Below are positions 31,609 to 42,009 of a DNA stretch of 64,000 bases, piece by piece (position 1 is the stretch's first letter; the number at the start of each line of letters is the position of its first letter). This stretch comes from Candidatus Methanoperedenaceae archaeon (GTDB lineage: Archaea > Halobacteriota > Methanosarcinia > Methanosarcinales > Methanoperedenaceae). The notes beneath the pieces are model-generated. The model made no database searches. It was not told where the DNA came from and worked only from the letters and a program-made list of their open reading frames with translations. Both the position numbers and the translations under genes were made by a program. The stretch spans positions 32,001-96,000 of the forward strand of contig CAVWCX010000027.1 of assembly GCA_963753595.1 (NCBI GenBank), written 5' to 3'.

Positions 31609-32064
31609 TTACAGAAAAACAGCCGCAGTTAAATACGCCACTGCCAGGTAGCGAAGGAATTTGCCGGTGAATACAAGTATAGAAAACATCTTGAAATTCA
31701 GCCGCAATAATCCGCCAACGACCGTAATTGCATCTCCTATAAAAGGAAGCCATGTAAATAACAGCACATATAAGCCGTATTTGGCAAATATTTTTTCCGC
31801 TTTGTCAAGCTCTCTTGGATCAAATCTCAGGTATTTTTCGACAAGTATTCTTCCCTTAAAACCGATGTAATAGCTTGTGCATGCCCCAAGAAAGTTACCA
31901 ACTGATGCTACCAATACCAGTGCAGGTATGTTGAAATTCTTCTGGACAAGATATACCAGGATGCCTTCGCTTCCGAATGGAAGAATGGTCGATGCCAGGA
32001 AACTTGCCAGGAAAAGACCCTGATACCCATAATTAAGCAGCATACTTTCAAGGGATTCAAACAT
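31609..32064 (-). CDS. YqaA/DedA-family membrane protein
   Basis: FLASTILPFGSE, GNFLG, WLPFIGD, GKFLRY. Confidence 0.9.
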   Translation of the reverse strand: MFESLESMLLNYGYQGLFLASFLASTILPFGSEGILVYLVQKNFNIPALVLVASVGNFLGACTSYYIGFKGRILVEKYLRFDPRELDKAEKIFAKYGLYVLLFTWLPFIGDAITVVGGLLRLNFKMFSILVFTGKFLRYLAVAYLTAAVFL

Positions 32065-32125
32065 AGGCCGAAATATACCCGCTGGATATTAAAAACATGG
32101 TATTCAATTAAAGATAAATACTCTT

Positions 32126-32575
32126 ATGTTGTTCATCTTCTGGAATATACCGGGAGGACTTGACCTGGAAGTTGAAGAAATAATCCGTTTATTGAATGAA
32201 GATTTCATGAGGGAAATCGAAGCTACATTGATCTACGTAAGAAATGCTTTTATCATACCGCAATGTGATCCCGGCAGGGTGACAGAAGCGATAGCTGTGG
32301 ATGAAATGAGGCATATGAACTGGCTTGCCGACCTGATCGTGAAACGAGGTGGAAAGCCAGGTATGGAACATAAAGAACTTGATTTTGGAGGGGATGACCT
32401 TACAGGCATACTTAAAAAACAGATAGAGCTTGAGACTGAAGGCATCGAAATATACAAACATCAGATCGAAAGTATTGATGATCCTGAAGTCGTTGGAGTG
32501 TTAAAGCATATACTGGATGAAGAAAAAAGGCACAGGAAAGAGTTCAGGATGAGACTTGAAAAGATCCGGCAATAA
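32126..32575 (+). CDS. Ferritin-like (bacterioferritin/rubrerythrin-like) protein
   Basis: E..Y, DEMRH, E..G...Y and EEKRH diiron ligands. Confidence 0.85.
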   Translation: MLFIFWNIPGGLDLEVEEIIRLLNEDFMREIEATLIYVRNAFIIPQCDPGRVTEAIAVDEMRHMNWLADLIVKRGGKPGMEHKELDFGGDDLTGILKKQIELETEGIEIYKHQIESIDDPEVVGVLKHILDEEKRHRKEFRMRLEKIRQ

Positions 32576-32596
32576 TTTCCGGCACAACATTTATTT

Positions 32597-33091
32597 ATGG
32601 ATAACTTAAACGGTTTTGAGGAACTTTCAGTTGATAAAGAGCATTCCCAGGTCAAAGTTCCCATAATGCATGTGGAACTGGCTCTCAATGCAAGGTATTT
32701 TATAAATGGCGGGGAAATTGGGTATTGCGGGTTATTGATAAATGGTGTCAAGGGAAGCGGTTTAAGAGGAAGGCTTGCGGCTGCGGCTGCAAAGAACTAT
32801 ATAGGTCGGACTATTTTTTGTTTTATATCGAAGACTTCTGAAGGTAAAAAACTGATCACAGTTCCTGCATTATTTGAAAAAGAACCGGCTTTTGATGAGA
32901 CACTCGATTTGAGTGACCTGATCATAAATACTTACTATCATAACGATTTTAAGATAAGTGGCCAGGAAGTACATAAAGAGCATTTGAACGCATTAAAAGG
33001 AAAACAAATATCAAATGATAAGGATAATCTTAAGAAAAGCCTGCTTGAGCTGCCAAAAAAAGGTATTGAAATATTAAAGTCGTATAGATGA
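32597..33091 (+). CDS. Hypothetical protein
   Basis: 164-aa ORF in operon-like spacing. Confidence 0.7.
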   Translation: MDNLNGFEELSVDKEHSQVKVPIMHVELALNARYFINGGEIGYCGLLINGVKGSGLRGRLAAAAAKNYIGRTIFCFISKTSEGKKLITVPALFEKEPAFDETLDLSDLIINTYYHNDFKISGQEVHKEHLNALKGKQISNDKDNLKKSLLELPKKGIEILKSYR

Positions 33092-33100
33092 TTTCAGGAT

Positions 33101-33598
33101 TTATCTTCGCCTCTCGATCGCAAGCTCGCAGTACTTATCCCCGCTGCACATGTTCATTGTACCGGGCAGGATCGTGTAATCAGGATTCAAGCTTTCAACA
33201 GCAGACCTTATCATTGTCCTGCAGGCTGAGAAAGCAACGATCTTCGGATCAAGCCCCAATTGTCTCGCACTGTTTAGCACAGCACATCCGGTCACCTTCT
33301 CTATCACCCCATTTTTTGTTTCCATAGGCGGCTCATACCTGGATTCAGGTCCAAAGGATATCGAACTGATAATTCCAAGAGTCTCTCCTATTTGCATGGC
33401 ATTCCCGGAAGGCAGGCCCATAGACATTGCAAGGTCTTTCATTTGTTCCGGCTTCTATCCAGATAGGACGCTCGATCTCATCATATTTCGCACCAAGAAC
33501 CTTCCTAAGTGACTGTCGTACAATAACGGCATGATGCTTGCTGATTTTGATGCTATCTTCCATCGTTCTTTAAAAGGAATCTCTTCCAGACTTACCAT
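33101..33598 (-). CDS. Hypothetical Cys-containing (V4R-like) protein, two frameshifts
   Basis: GGAGGT SD, MVSLEEIPFKERWKIA, then SLRKVLG..IWIEAG, then MKDLA...GCAV..AC..MCSGDKYCEL in three frames. Confidence 0.6.
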
Positions 33599-33613
33599 AT
33601 TTATAACCTCCAC

Positions 33614-33639
33614 TTATTGAGGTATGATAACCTCAATAA
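33614..33639. promoter_or_regulatory. Inverted repeat, putative operator
   Basis: TTATTGAGGT-N6-ACCTCAATAA between the SD and the AT-rich promoter of the 33598 gene. Confidence 0.55.
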
Positions 33640-33806
33640 TATATGATAATTATAAGTACAAATATTTTCGCATCAGTTAATTTTTATCAAATTCCTATAC
33701 CGCAAGTTTATTAAATCTTCAATTCTATTGAAATTTAGTAAATGGTTCAGGAAATCGCAACTATCGGCGGGGAATGCTTTCGGTTTAAAATTGGAGATCA
33801 ATTAAT

Positions 33807-34628
33807 ATGGAGGTAACGATGATAGAAAAAACCAAAGACAGGAAAATGCCTGTATTGTTCATAGGTCATGGTTCACCCATGAATGTGATTTTAAAAAACG
33901 ACTTTACAGACAGTCTTATAAAATTAGGGAAAAATTTACCAAAACCAAGAGCGATATTGGTCATTTCAGCACACTGGTTAACAGATGGGACATATGTAAC
34001 ATGTATGGAAAAACCAGAGACAATTCATGATTTTTATGGGTTTCCCGAAGAATTATATGAAATAGAATATCCATGCCCTGGTTCAGTAGAGTATGCGGGG
34101 CTTTTGACAGGATCAGTAAAAAAGACCCATATCAAATGTAACAATGAATGGGGATTAGACCATGCTTCCTGGGCAATTTTAAAGCATATCTATCCCGGGG
34201 CAGATATTCCGGTTTTTGAGATGAGCCTTGATTATACTTTTAATGAATGGCATCCAAAACCGATACGATATCATTATGATCTGGCCTCAGAGCTTGCTTT
34301 TTTGAGGGAAAAAGGAGTTCTTATCATAGGCAGCGGTAATATTGTTCATAATCTTGGAATTATTGATTTTCGAAATATTGATGCAACACCTTTTGATTGG
34401 GCTGTGGAATTCGATGAGAAAGTAAAATCAGATATAATAAACAAGAACCATGCAGAACTTATCGGGTATCAAAAGATGAATGGTTCACACCAGGCAGTGC
34501 CAACACCTGACCATTATTTACCGATGATCTATGTATTAGGTTTACAGGAAGAAAATGACAAATTAAAATTTATTTATGAAGGATTTCATTATGGTTCAAT
34601 TTCCATGAGGTGTTTCCAGATCGGGTAA
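33807..34628 (+). CDS. ygiD: 4,5-DOPA dioxygenase extradiol (YgiD/LigB family)
   Basis: FIGHGSPMN, ISAHW, HDFYGFP, GLDH, GSGNIVHNL, PTPDHYLP. Confidence 0.92.
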   Translation: MEVTMIEKTKDRKMPVLFIGHGSPMNVILKNDFTDSLIKLGKNLPKPRAILVISAHWLTDGTYVTCMEKPETIHDFYGFPEELYEIEYPCPGSVEYAGLLTGSVKKTHIKCNNEWGLDHASWAILKHIYPGADIPVFEMSLDYTFNEWHPKPIRYHYDLASELAFLREKGVLIIGSGNIVHNLGIIDFRNIDATPFDWAVEFDEKVKSDIINKNHAELIGYQKMNGSHQAVPTPDHYLPMIYVLGLQEENDKLKFIYEGFHYGSISMRCFQIG

Positions 34629-34686
34629 CCTGCATTTGAATCGCTGTGGGATAAGTGCCGCGATAGCTTGCAGATCGACGTGCCTT

Positions 34687-35061
34687 TCACAGAGATATAG
34701 CTGCCGGGGATCTGGTTTTAGCTTTCTGGGTTGCTTCTAACCACGGGATCATTTCTTTTGTCTTTTGCACCGGTTCACTTTGTGGGATTATTTCTTTAGC
34801 ATTCTGTATTGGTTCTTCCAGCTGCAAAGTTATTTCTTTGGCTTTTTGCAGAAAGATCTTTCCTTTATCTGTTGTGATATATTTTTCAGAATTGGTCTCA
34901 AGAAACCCCTGTTTTTCCAACAGTTCAATATATTTCTCGGCCAGGGTGAAATTTATATTTGTTCTATAAACCATTGCCGTCTTGTTTACGCCATTTTTCG
35001 CTACACCCAATATATCTACAACAATATCGATCCTGCTTCGCCTCATTTTTATACCATCCAT
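34687..35061 (-). CDS. Winged-helix protein with repeated C-terminal tail
   Basis: RRSRIDIVVDIL...KTAMVYRTNINF...YITTDKG; start 35061 or 35046. Confidence 0.8.
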   Translation of the reverse strand: MDGIKMRRSRIDIVVDILGVAKNGVNKTAMVYRTNINFTLAEKYIELLEKQGFLETNSEKYITTDKGKIFLQKAKEITLQLEEPIQNAKEIIPQSEPVQKTKEMIPWLEATQKAKTRSPAAISL

Positions 35062-35173
35062 ATTTTTTCCTATACCGCACAGTTTTTGATTATGGTTATG
35101 ATAATACTCATAGTAAATATATCTTTCTGTTTTATGTGGGTGTAAAATCTGTTGGTGTTTGTTGGAATCAACA

Positions 35174-35234
35174 AAACCACAGATAAAAATAAATGAACAA
35201 TACGCTATCACAAATCCGCGTTTATCGGCGGTTT
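35174..35234. repeat. Degenerate periodic palindrome (CGCAGATAAA-type)
   Basis: AAACCACAGATAAA...ATCCGCGTTTATCGGCGGTTT; related arm at 60707-60724. Confidence 0.45.
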
Positions 35235-35259
35235 CTTATTTTCAAATCAGGAAAAAATA

Positions 35260-35508
35260 TTATTTTCTCAAAGACAGCTCTTTTAAGAGTTCTTCTTTTG
35301 AAACTCTCCCAACAAACACAACATCCCCATCGATAGCCACTGTTGGCACCGACATAATATTTAGTTCGGATGCCTTTTGCTTTCCTTCAGGGTAGGATAT
35401 GTTTATTTCTTTGAACTTGTTGTTTTTTGGAAGCGTTTCTATTAAAAGAGCCCTGACCTGATGGCAGGTTGTGCAAGTGTCTGAATAATAAAGTTCAACT
35501 GTAGTCAT
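35260..35508 (-). CDS. Thioredoxin/glutaredoxin-like protein
   Basis: CTTC active site, MSVPT. Confidence 0.88.
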   Translation of the reverse strand: MTTVELYYSDTCTTCHQVRALLIETLPKNNKFKEINISYPEGKQKASELNIMSVPTVAIDGDVVFVGRVSKEELLKELSLRK

Positions 35509-35594
35509 TTACTTCCTAGTTGTTTTTTCTCCATAATAAATGAGTTGTTTATCAGGCAATATTTGCTATGAAATAAAATAAATGAATTTTATTA

Positions 35595-35669
35595 TGGGGT
35601 CGCTGAGATTTGAACTCAGGTCTCATGCACCCCAAGCATGAAGGATGGACCAGGCTACCCTACGACCCC
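35595..35669 (-). tRNA. tRNA-Pro(TGG)
   Basis: GGGGTCGTAGGGTAGCCTGG...CATGC TTGGGGT GCATG...GTTCAAATC...CGACCCCA. Confidence 0.95.
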
Positions 35670-35739
35670 GCAGGTGCATGCCCTTAGATATCCTAAGAGT
35701 ATTTTATTCTTTCCTATAAAGTTCCTGATCGTAGAGTCC

Positions 35740-36574
35740 TTATCCCTGTTTATTCGGGTTAATTCGAAGGCTGATATCCAGCCAGTTCGATGAATGCGTG
35801 AGCGCCCCGATCGAGATAATATCAACCCCTGTCCTTCCATACTTATCCACATTTTCAATGGATATGCCGCCTGACGCTTCAAGTATTAAATTATCTCTGT
35901 AGTCCTTTTTCTTCAAGTGTTTTTACCGCCTTTTGAATTTCTTTTACTGTCATATTATCGAACATTATGATATCCACCTTCATTTTTGCCGCGTGGACCG
36001 CATCATCAATAGTTTCAACTTCAACCTCGATCTTCTGCGTGAAACTTGCTGCGTTTTTAGCTGCCGTTATAGCTTTTTCAAGGCCGATTACCGCGATATG
36101 ATTATCTTTTATCATAACAGCATCTGAAAGATTGAACCTGTGAGGGTCTCCTCCTCCTGCAACCACTGCTTTTTTTTCAAATTTTCGAAATCCCGGGGTT
36201 GTTTTCCTGGTAGATGCAATTCTTGGCCCGCCAGCTTTTTCAACATACTGGCGCGTAAGTGTTGCAATACCGCTCATTCTTCCAAGGAAATTCAACGCAA
36301 GCCTTTCTGCCCTGAGTATTGATCTTGCCCCGCCATCAAGGGTGAAAATGATATCATTTTCCTTTACCATATCCCCATCCTGGAAATCCGTACCCGGAAA
36401 TATTTCAAAATATTCAAAGATCTGCGTGGCTTCGGATAGTCCTGCGACAATTCCGAATTCCCTGGCAATAACTTCTGCGCTTACCCTGCAATCAGGAATT
36501 ATATTGCAGGAAACATCATCATAGCCGATATCTTCTTCAACAAAACGTTCCAATTCAGTTAATAGCATAATCAA
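35740..36574 (-). CDS. nadC: Quinolinate phosphoribosyltransferase, one frameshift near 35900
   Basis: [28 protein letters not shown]; C-terminus LEASGGI...[11 protein letters not shown] in another frame. Confidence 0.92.
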
Positions 36575-36648
36575 ATCCCTCTAATTAATTATCCAGAAAT
36601 TACTTATATGCTACTATTAAAGTATTAGAAAGTAAATCAGGGAAAATT

Positions 36649-37461
36649 ATGTTAAAAATAGGAGTTATTGGCTGCGGAGCAATAGGTACCCAGATATGCA
36701 AGGCCATAGACAATGGGATTATAAGCGCGCAGCTTATTGGTTTTTATGATCGAAGCAGTGAGAATTGTGAATGTCTTCTCAGGGCACTTAAAAACAAACC
36801 TGCCATATCTTCACCTGAGGAATTAATATCAAAAGCTGATATTGTTGTTGAATGTGCTTCCCAGGCAGCTGTGCGGGAACATGGGCTTTTTGTTCTGGAA
36901 ATGGGAAAAGACCTAATGGTTATGAGTGTAGGCGCTCTCATGGACCCGGATTTATTGAATAAATTCATCATGGCCGCCAGGAAAAACGGATGCAGGATTT
37001 ATGTACCATCAGGAGCCATAGCCGGTATCGACGGTTTAAAATCGGCATCGATGGCATCAATAGATAAAGTTATTCTTTCAACCACAAAAAACCCGAAAGG
37101 ATTAAGCGGGGCACCTTTTATCGTGGAAAATAATATTGATCCGGGCTCTTTTCGTGAAAAGACCCTGATATTTGAAGGAAATGCAAAAGAAGCTGTCAGG
37201 GCATTCCCGGCAAATGTTAATGTAGCCGCTTCATTAAGCCTTGCAGGGATCGGGGCTGAAAAAACACAGGTGAAAGTTTTTGTTGATCCCCGGGCTTTAC
37301 GGAACATTCATGAAATTACGGTCATCGGGGATTTCGGAACGTTCACATCCCGCATCGAAAATGTACCGTCCCCTGATAATCCCAAAACAAGTCTTCTGGC
37401 AGCGCTGTCTGCGATCGCAACTTTGAGAAAGATAACTGAACCATTACAGATAGGGACTTAA
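36649..37461 (+). CDS. nadX: L-aspartate dehydrogenase
   Basis: IGCGAIG, ECAS, SGAIAGID, FPANVNVA, NPKTS. Confidence 0.93.
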   Translation: MLKIGVIGCGAIGTQICKAIDNGIISAQLIGFYDRSSENCECLLRALKNKPAISSPEELISKADIVVECASQAAVREHGLFVLEMGKDLMVMSVGALMDPDLLNKFIMAARKNGCRIYVPSGAIAGIDGLKSASMASIDKVILSTTKNPKGLSGAPFIVENNIDPGSFREKTLIFEGNAKEAVRAFPANVNVAASLSLAGIGAEKTQVKVFVDPRALRNIHEITVIGDFGTFTSRIENVPSPDNPKTSLLAALSAIATLRKITEPLQIGT

Positions 37462-37462
37462 A

Positions 37463-38370
37463 ATGACTTTTGAAGGGATTTTTTCAATAATTTCTGAAAT
37501 TAAAAAAAAGATAATTTATATTGTCGCTGTTTTCACAGCAGGAGCGCTATTATCTTTTTCATATATGGGAGTGGTAATTAAGAAGATAGAAACGGATATG
37601 TTCTGGGGTTTGAACATTCCGGATAAACCTGATGCTTCTAAACAATTGCTTGAAATTTCCCAGAATATTGCATCGATATCAAACAGGCTTGCTGATAAAA
37701 TAATTCCATAATTTCTGTGAATAATTCCATGATTTCAGAGAACCTTACGAGGGCCTCCAATGATATTTTAAATATTTCCCAGAACCTGCATTTATATAAA
37801 CCTAATATTATTTACCTGACACCGATGGAAGTATTGATGCTTGAGTTCAAGATGTCTCTTGTATTCGGTATTCTTATAGTCTCTCCTCTCATACTGTATT
37901 ACGTTTACAGGGGGGCAAGAGGCAGGATCACCAGCCTCCCTTTTATTCGTGATAAAAAAACCCTGGTAGTTTCAACAATACTCGCTTCAATAGCTTTGTT
38001 TTTAATCGGCGCAGGATATGCATATTTTTATATGCTGCCATTTTTCCTGGGTTTCCTTTACCAGGATGCCATGAACCTGGGGATAAACGCCACTTTTTCA
38101 ATTTATGAATTCATTTCTTTTATTGTATTGACGACAGTGATCCTTGGAATTGCTTTTGAATTACCCGTGATATTGACTTTTCTTGTCCACCTTGGGGTCA
38201 CATCAAGGAAGACGCTTGCTCATTACAGAAGACATGCATACATAATACTGTTGATAATCGCCGCCTGGGTCACGCCAGATCCTACCATGTTCACCCAGGT
38301 CATGGTCGCGCTGCCGTTTATAATACTGTATGAAGCAAGCCTGGTAGTAATGAGATTAACAGGAAAATGA
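37463..38370 (+). CDS. tatC: Twin-arginine translocase TatC, one frameshift near 37697
   Basis: LTPME, GIAFELPV, RRHAY, TPDP, ILYE; halves join with one extra A in GATAAAAT. Confidence 0.88.
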
Positions 38371-38373
38371 TTT

Positions 38374-39072
38374 TCAGGACTTCAAGAAAAATTCAAGCGC
38401 ATAGACTATCACAGCGCCGAGAATGACCGCAAAAATAACTTTTATATTGAATTTCTTATGGGCATCCGGGAGAAGGTCACTTGCAGCGATATAAAGGAAA
38501 TCTCCTGTAACTATTGCCAGGATAATTGTATTTAATCCGTTGGGGACAAAGACTGCAAGGGATGCGCCTATTGGATAAAGGATCGCTTCTACAAAAAGCG
38601 CTATCATGATCCTGGGTTTTGCCTGCCCTGCGCGTTCAAGTAGGAGCGTTGTAGTAATGCCCTGCGGGATCTCATGGATTATCACAGATAGCGCAACGAC
38701 TATTCCAGTGAGAGGATTTATTAGATAGGCAATTGCGATCCCGATTCCGTCTATAATGTTGTCCGAGGCCATCCCAAGCACAGGGAGCCAGCCTATCCTG
38801 TGAACTTCTGATGTACATTCATATTCTCCGCATGAATGGATCATCGTAAGGCGTTCAAGCAAGTAGAAAAAAAAGAAGCCGATCCCGATATATAAAGAAT
38901 CCCCCGGCGGAATTTCAGGCAGCATCTCGAAAAATACAGCCCCAAGCATCGTTCCTGCTGCAAACCCGATTATGTATCTTGTATGCGACTCTTCCAGCTT
39001 GTAATAAAATGGGATCAAACCGCTAATCAGGTCTGAAAGGCCTGCAAAAAATGCCAGAAGAATGGTGATCAT
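38374..39072 (-). CDS. ZIP-family metal transporter
   Basis: GFAAGTML, DNIIDG, HEIPQG, DLLP. Confidence 0.9.
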   Translation of the reverse strand: MITILLAFFAGLSDLISGLIPFYYKLEESHTRYIIGFAAGTMLGAVFFEMLPEIPPGDSLYIGIGFFFFYLLERLTMIHSCGEYECTSEVHRIGWLPVLGMASDNIIDGIGIAIAYLINPLTGIVVALSVIIHEIPQGITTTLLLERAGQAKPRIMIALFVEAILYPIGASLAVFVPNGLNTIILAIVTGDFLYIAASDLLPDAHKKFNIKVIFAVILGAVIVYALEFFLKS

Positions 39073-39153
39073 TGAAGCTCTGGAACTACCTGCTTGCTTT
39101 TATCCTTTTCGTTGGAAGAAAAGTATATAAAAGATAAAGTTATCTTTAAATAT

Positions 39154-39432
39154 ATGCCAGAAAATATCAAAGTACACGAAAAAGATAAGCATATATTCGA
39201 TATGTTTCAAGCAGAATTAACGCTCATGAGTGGTAAAAAGATAAACCAGCAGGAGTTGTTCTCCAGTATCATAGAGTTTACACGATCAAAAAAAGAGACT
39301 TTTTTTGCCAGGCTTCTTAAACTTCCCCTTTCTGAAAAAGAGATGAAGAAAATAAAAAGTCTCCAGGGCGATTGGGGAGTCATTACGACTGAAAAAGAGA
39401 TCGATATGGTAGTTTATGGGGCCGAAAAATGA
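39154..39432 (+). CDS. Putative VapB-like antitoxin
   Basis: Small gene overlapping the PIN toxin start (ATGA); ends EIDMVVYG. Confidence 0.75.
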   Translation: MPENIKVHEKDKHIFDMFQAELTLMSGKKINQQELFSSIIEFTRSKKETFFARLLKLPLSEKEMKKIKSLQGDWGVITTEKEIDMVVYGAEK

Positions 39433-39854
39433 GTGTTTTCATAGATACCGGGATATTCATCGCATATGTTAACAAGAGGGATGAGCATCATATCCCGGCC
39501 ACTCATATTATTGAAGAAATTCTGACAAATAAATACGGTGCGGCATTTACATCAGACATGGTTTTTGATGAGTTGATGACATTTATACTTTACAAAACAG
39601 GTGATATAACTAAAGCGATAAGAGTCAGGGATATGATACTCGGAAATGAAGACAAAGATATTGTGCGGTTTATTAATCTCATTTTTATGGATGAGGATAT
39701 ACTGGAGAAAAGCTGGAATAGTTTTGTGAAATATGCAGATAAAAAGTTGAGTTTTACAGATTGTTCCACGATAGAGTTAATGAAAATCAGGGGTATTCCG
39801 CATCTTGCGAGTTTTGACGGCGGGTTTGATGGGATAATAGAGAGGATCAGGTAA
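39429..39854 (+). CDS. PIN-domain (VapC) toxin
   Basis: FIDTG, D..H, VFDE, LSFTDC, SFDGGF. Confidence 0.9.
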   Translation: MSVFIDTGIFIAYVNKRDEHHIPATHIIEEILTNKYGAAFTSDMVFDELMTFILYKTGDITKAIRVRDMILGNEDKDIVRFINLIFMDEDILEKSWNSFVKYADKKLSFTDCSTIELMKIRGIPHLASFDGGFDGIIERIR

Positions 39855-39889
39855 TGATTCTACCTATCTGCTCTTGATTTGAGTTTATA

Positions 39890-41627
39890 TTAAAACCCAT
39901 GCGCTGCGTATGGCGCTATCATCACGAACACAAAAGACAAAAGGATCAATACTGCAAATACCAGCACGATCGCATTGGATAGCCTTTCCACTTTCTCGCC
40001 ATCTCCGAACACCTTTGTCAGGAATGAAGTCATAACGTCACGGAACACATGCCCGCCATCAAGAGGGACTGCAGGAAGGCAATTAAATAGCCCGGCATAT
40101 AAATTCATCCAGCCGATCCATAACAGGGCATTTAATGCCCAGAACACAAGTACGCCGAACACTGCTACCCAGCCTGTGGGCTCGTAAAAATTCAAAAGTA
40201 TGCCGCTAAATCCCGGGAAACTTTCACCGGTAAAACCAAATAACGGAAGGCCAAATATTATTATCCATCCATAGATCCCGGTCATTAACGATGGAATGCT
40301 CTTCAACATATGAAGGTATGTTTTTGCCTGGAATTCACCTATCTCCGATCCCGATGGAATAACTTACTGCACCCTGTTCAGGTGAATAGGATACACCAAG
40401 GAAACCTTTATTGGCATTCACAGGGGAGGGATTTTTTCCAAGTTCAACAGCTTTGAACACTTCAGTTGAAGCATCAGGAGAGCTGTTACTTAATAGATAT
40501 ATATCGATTTTCTGTCCCTCTTTTGTGGAATTCATGAAATTTATGAAATCTTTGAGTTCTTTAATTTCAGTATCATCTATCCTGACTATTATCATGCCTT
40601 CCTTTAGTCCGGCGGCCAGGGCAGCCGAACCTTCTATTACAGTAAATACCTTTACACCTGCACGCGTAACGTTTTTTCCTGTTGCATCCAGATGTATTTC
40701 TTTTGGTACCCCTTTCTCAACAAGATTTAACTTTACATTGCTGCCAGGCGCGATGGTATTGGCATATAAAAGAAAATCTGATGCATTATTGACTTTAATA
40801 TCATTTATTCCTGTCAATATCATGTTCTCGTTAACACCAGCAAGTTGTGCAGGAGAACCGGGGATAACCGATGTGACCATTACGTCTCCTACTGTTGAAA
40901 TAGAGCCAAGTAATGTGAAAAACAGGAAAAAAGCAATAATTGCCGTGACAAAATTAGCCATCACTCCTGCTGTAAGCACTCGCACACGCTCGCTTCGGGT
41001 GGCTATTCGCTTTGGTTCAGGTGTTTCTTCTGTCCTGGGTACAATCTGGGGTTCTTCAGTCCGGGATTCTGTTTCCAAATCGCTTTTCTCTTCTTTTTTC
41101 CCCAGCAGCTGTTCTTCATCAGGTTCGGCAAAACCACCCACAGGAACAAGAGCAAGCAATATTCCCATAGATTTTACTTTGATGCCTTCCACTTTGCATA
41201 GGATCGCATGGGAAAACTCATGTACCATGAGAGTTACGATCAATGCGATAGCTCCCCAGATCAAAGGAATATATTCATTAAGTCCGGGGATCAGGAAAAT
41301 ATTGCGGGGTTCGTTGAATTTTGTGGGCTGGGGCACGGTCTGCGTCTGGAATGATGTAATAAGGGAGTAATCGATGAACAGGATCAGCAGAAACATTATC
41401 AGCATACCTATAAGCATAGCTGGAAGCCCTATATTTGCAAATGTTCTCCAGAATCTTTTATGAACTGCAAGCCTGTCCAGGAATCCCTGGCCTTTCGTTG
41501 TGCGTATCATCAGTAGTGGGCCAATGGCAGTTATATTATATTTTGCCAATGTCCCGCGACTGTTGAGGATCATGACAATGAGCCAGTAAATTAAGAACAG
41601 TGGCAATAAAAGATCAGTGTAATTCAA
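39890..41627 (-). CDS. Site-2 protease (M50) with two PDZ domains, one frameshift near 40340
   Basis: HEFSH and AGVMAN in the 5' ORF; FNCLPAVPLDGG in the 3' ORF. Confidence 0.9.
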
Positions 41628-41697
41628 AAATTTGTCTCCGGAAATAATATCAGTAAATTATTAAACTCATTATACATATTAAGCTTTGGGTGACTTA

Positions 41698-42009
41698 ATG
41701 TTTTCAATAATATATATAACCGCCGGAGATATGGCACAAGCCCGGATGATCGGTCGCAAACTTGTCGAGGAGCGCCTTGCCGCCTGCGTGAATATTTTTC
41801 CGATCACTTCAATTTTCAGATGGAAAGGTAATATTGATGAAGCCAATGAATTCGGGATTATCGTAAAAACAAGATCAGATAAAGTAAAGGAAATAGAGAA
41901 GAAAGTATTAGAGATCCACAGCTATGAGGTTCCCTGTGTAGTGTCGTTTAAGATCGATGAAGGTTCGAAAGATTACCTTAATTGGATTGATGAGTCTGTG
42001 GGAGATTAA
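41698..42009 (+). CDS. cutA: Divalent-cation tolerance protein CutA
   Basis: LAACVNI, FRWKG, HSYEVP. Confidence 0.93.
   Translation: MFSIIYITAGDMAQARMIGRKLVEERLAACVNIFPITSIFRWKGNIDEANEFGIIVKTRSDKVKEIEKKVLEIHSYEVPCVVSFKIDEGSKDYLNWIDESVGD

Noticed and set aside
33768-33777. GCGGGGAATG match to the tRNA-Leu 3' end as an att site
   Set aside because: Only 10 bp, on the 5' side of the tRNA, and no integrase present.
35880-35920. Programmed frameshifting in nadC, tatC and others
   Set aside because: No shared slippery heptamer or stimulatory structure; mixed +1/-1 indels fit sequencing error better.
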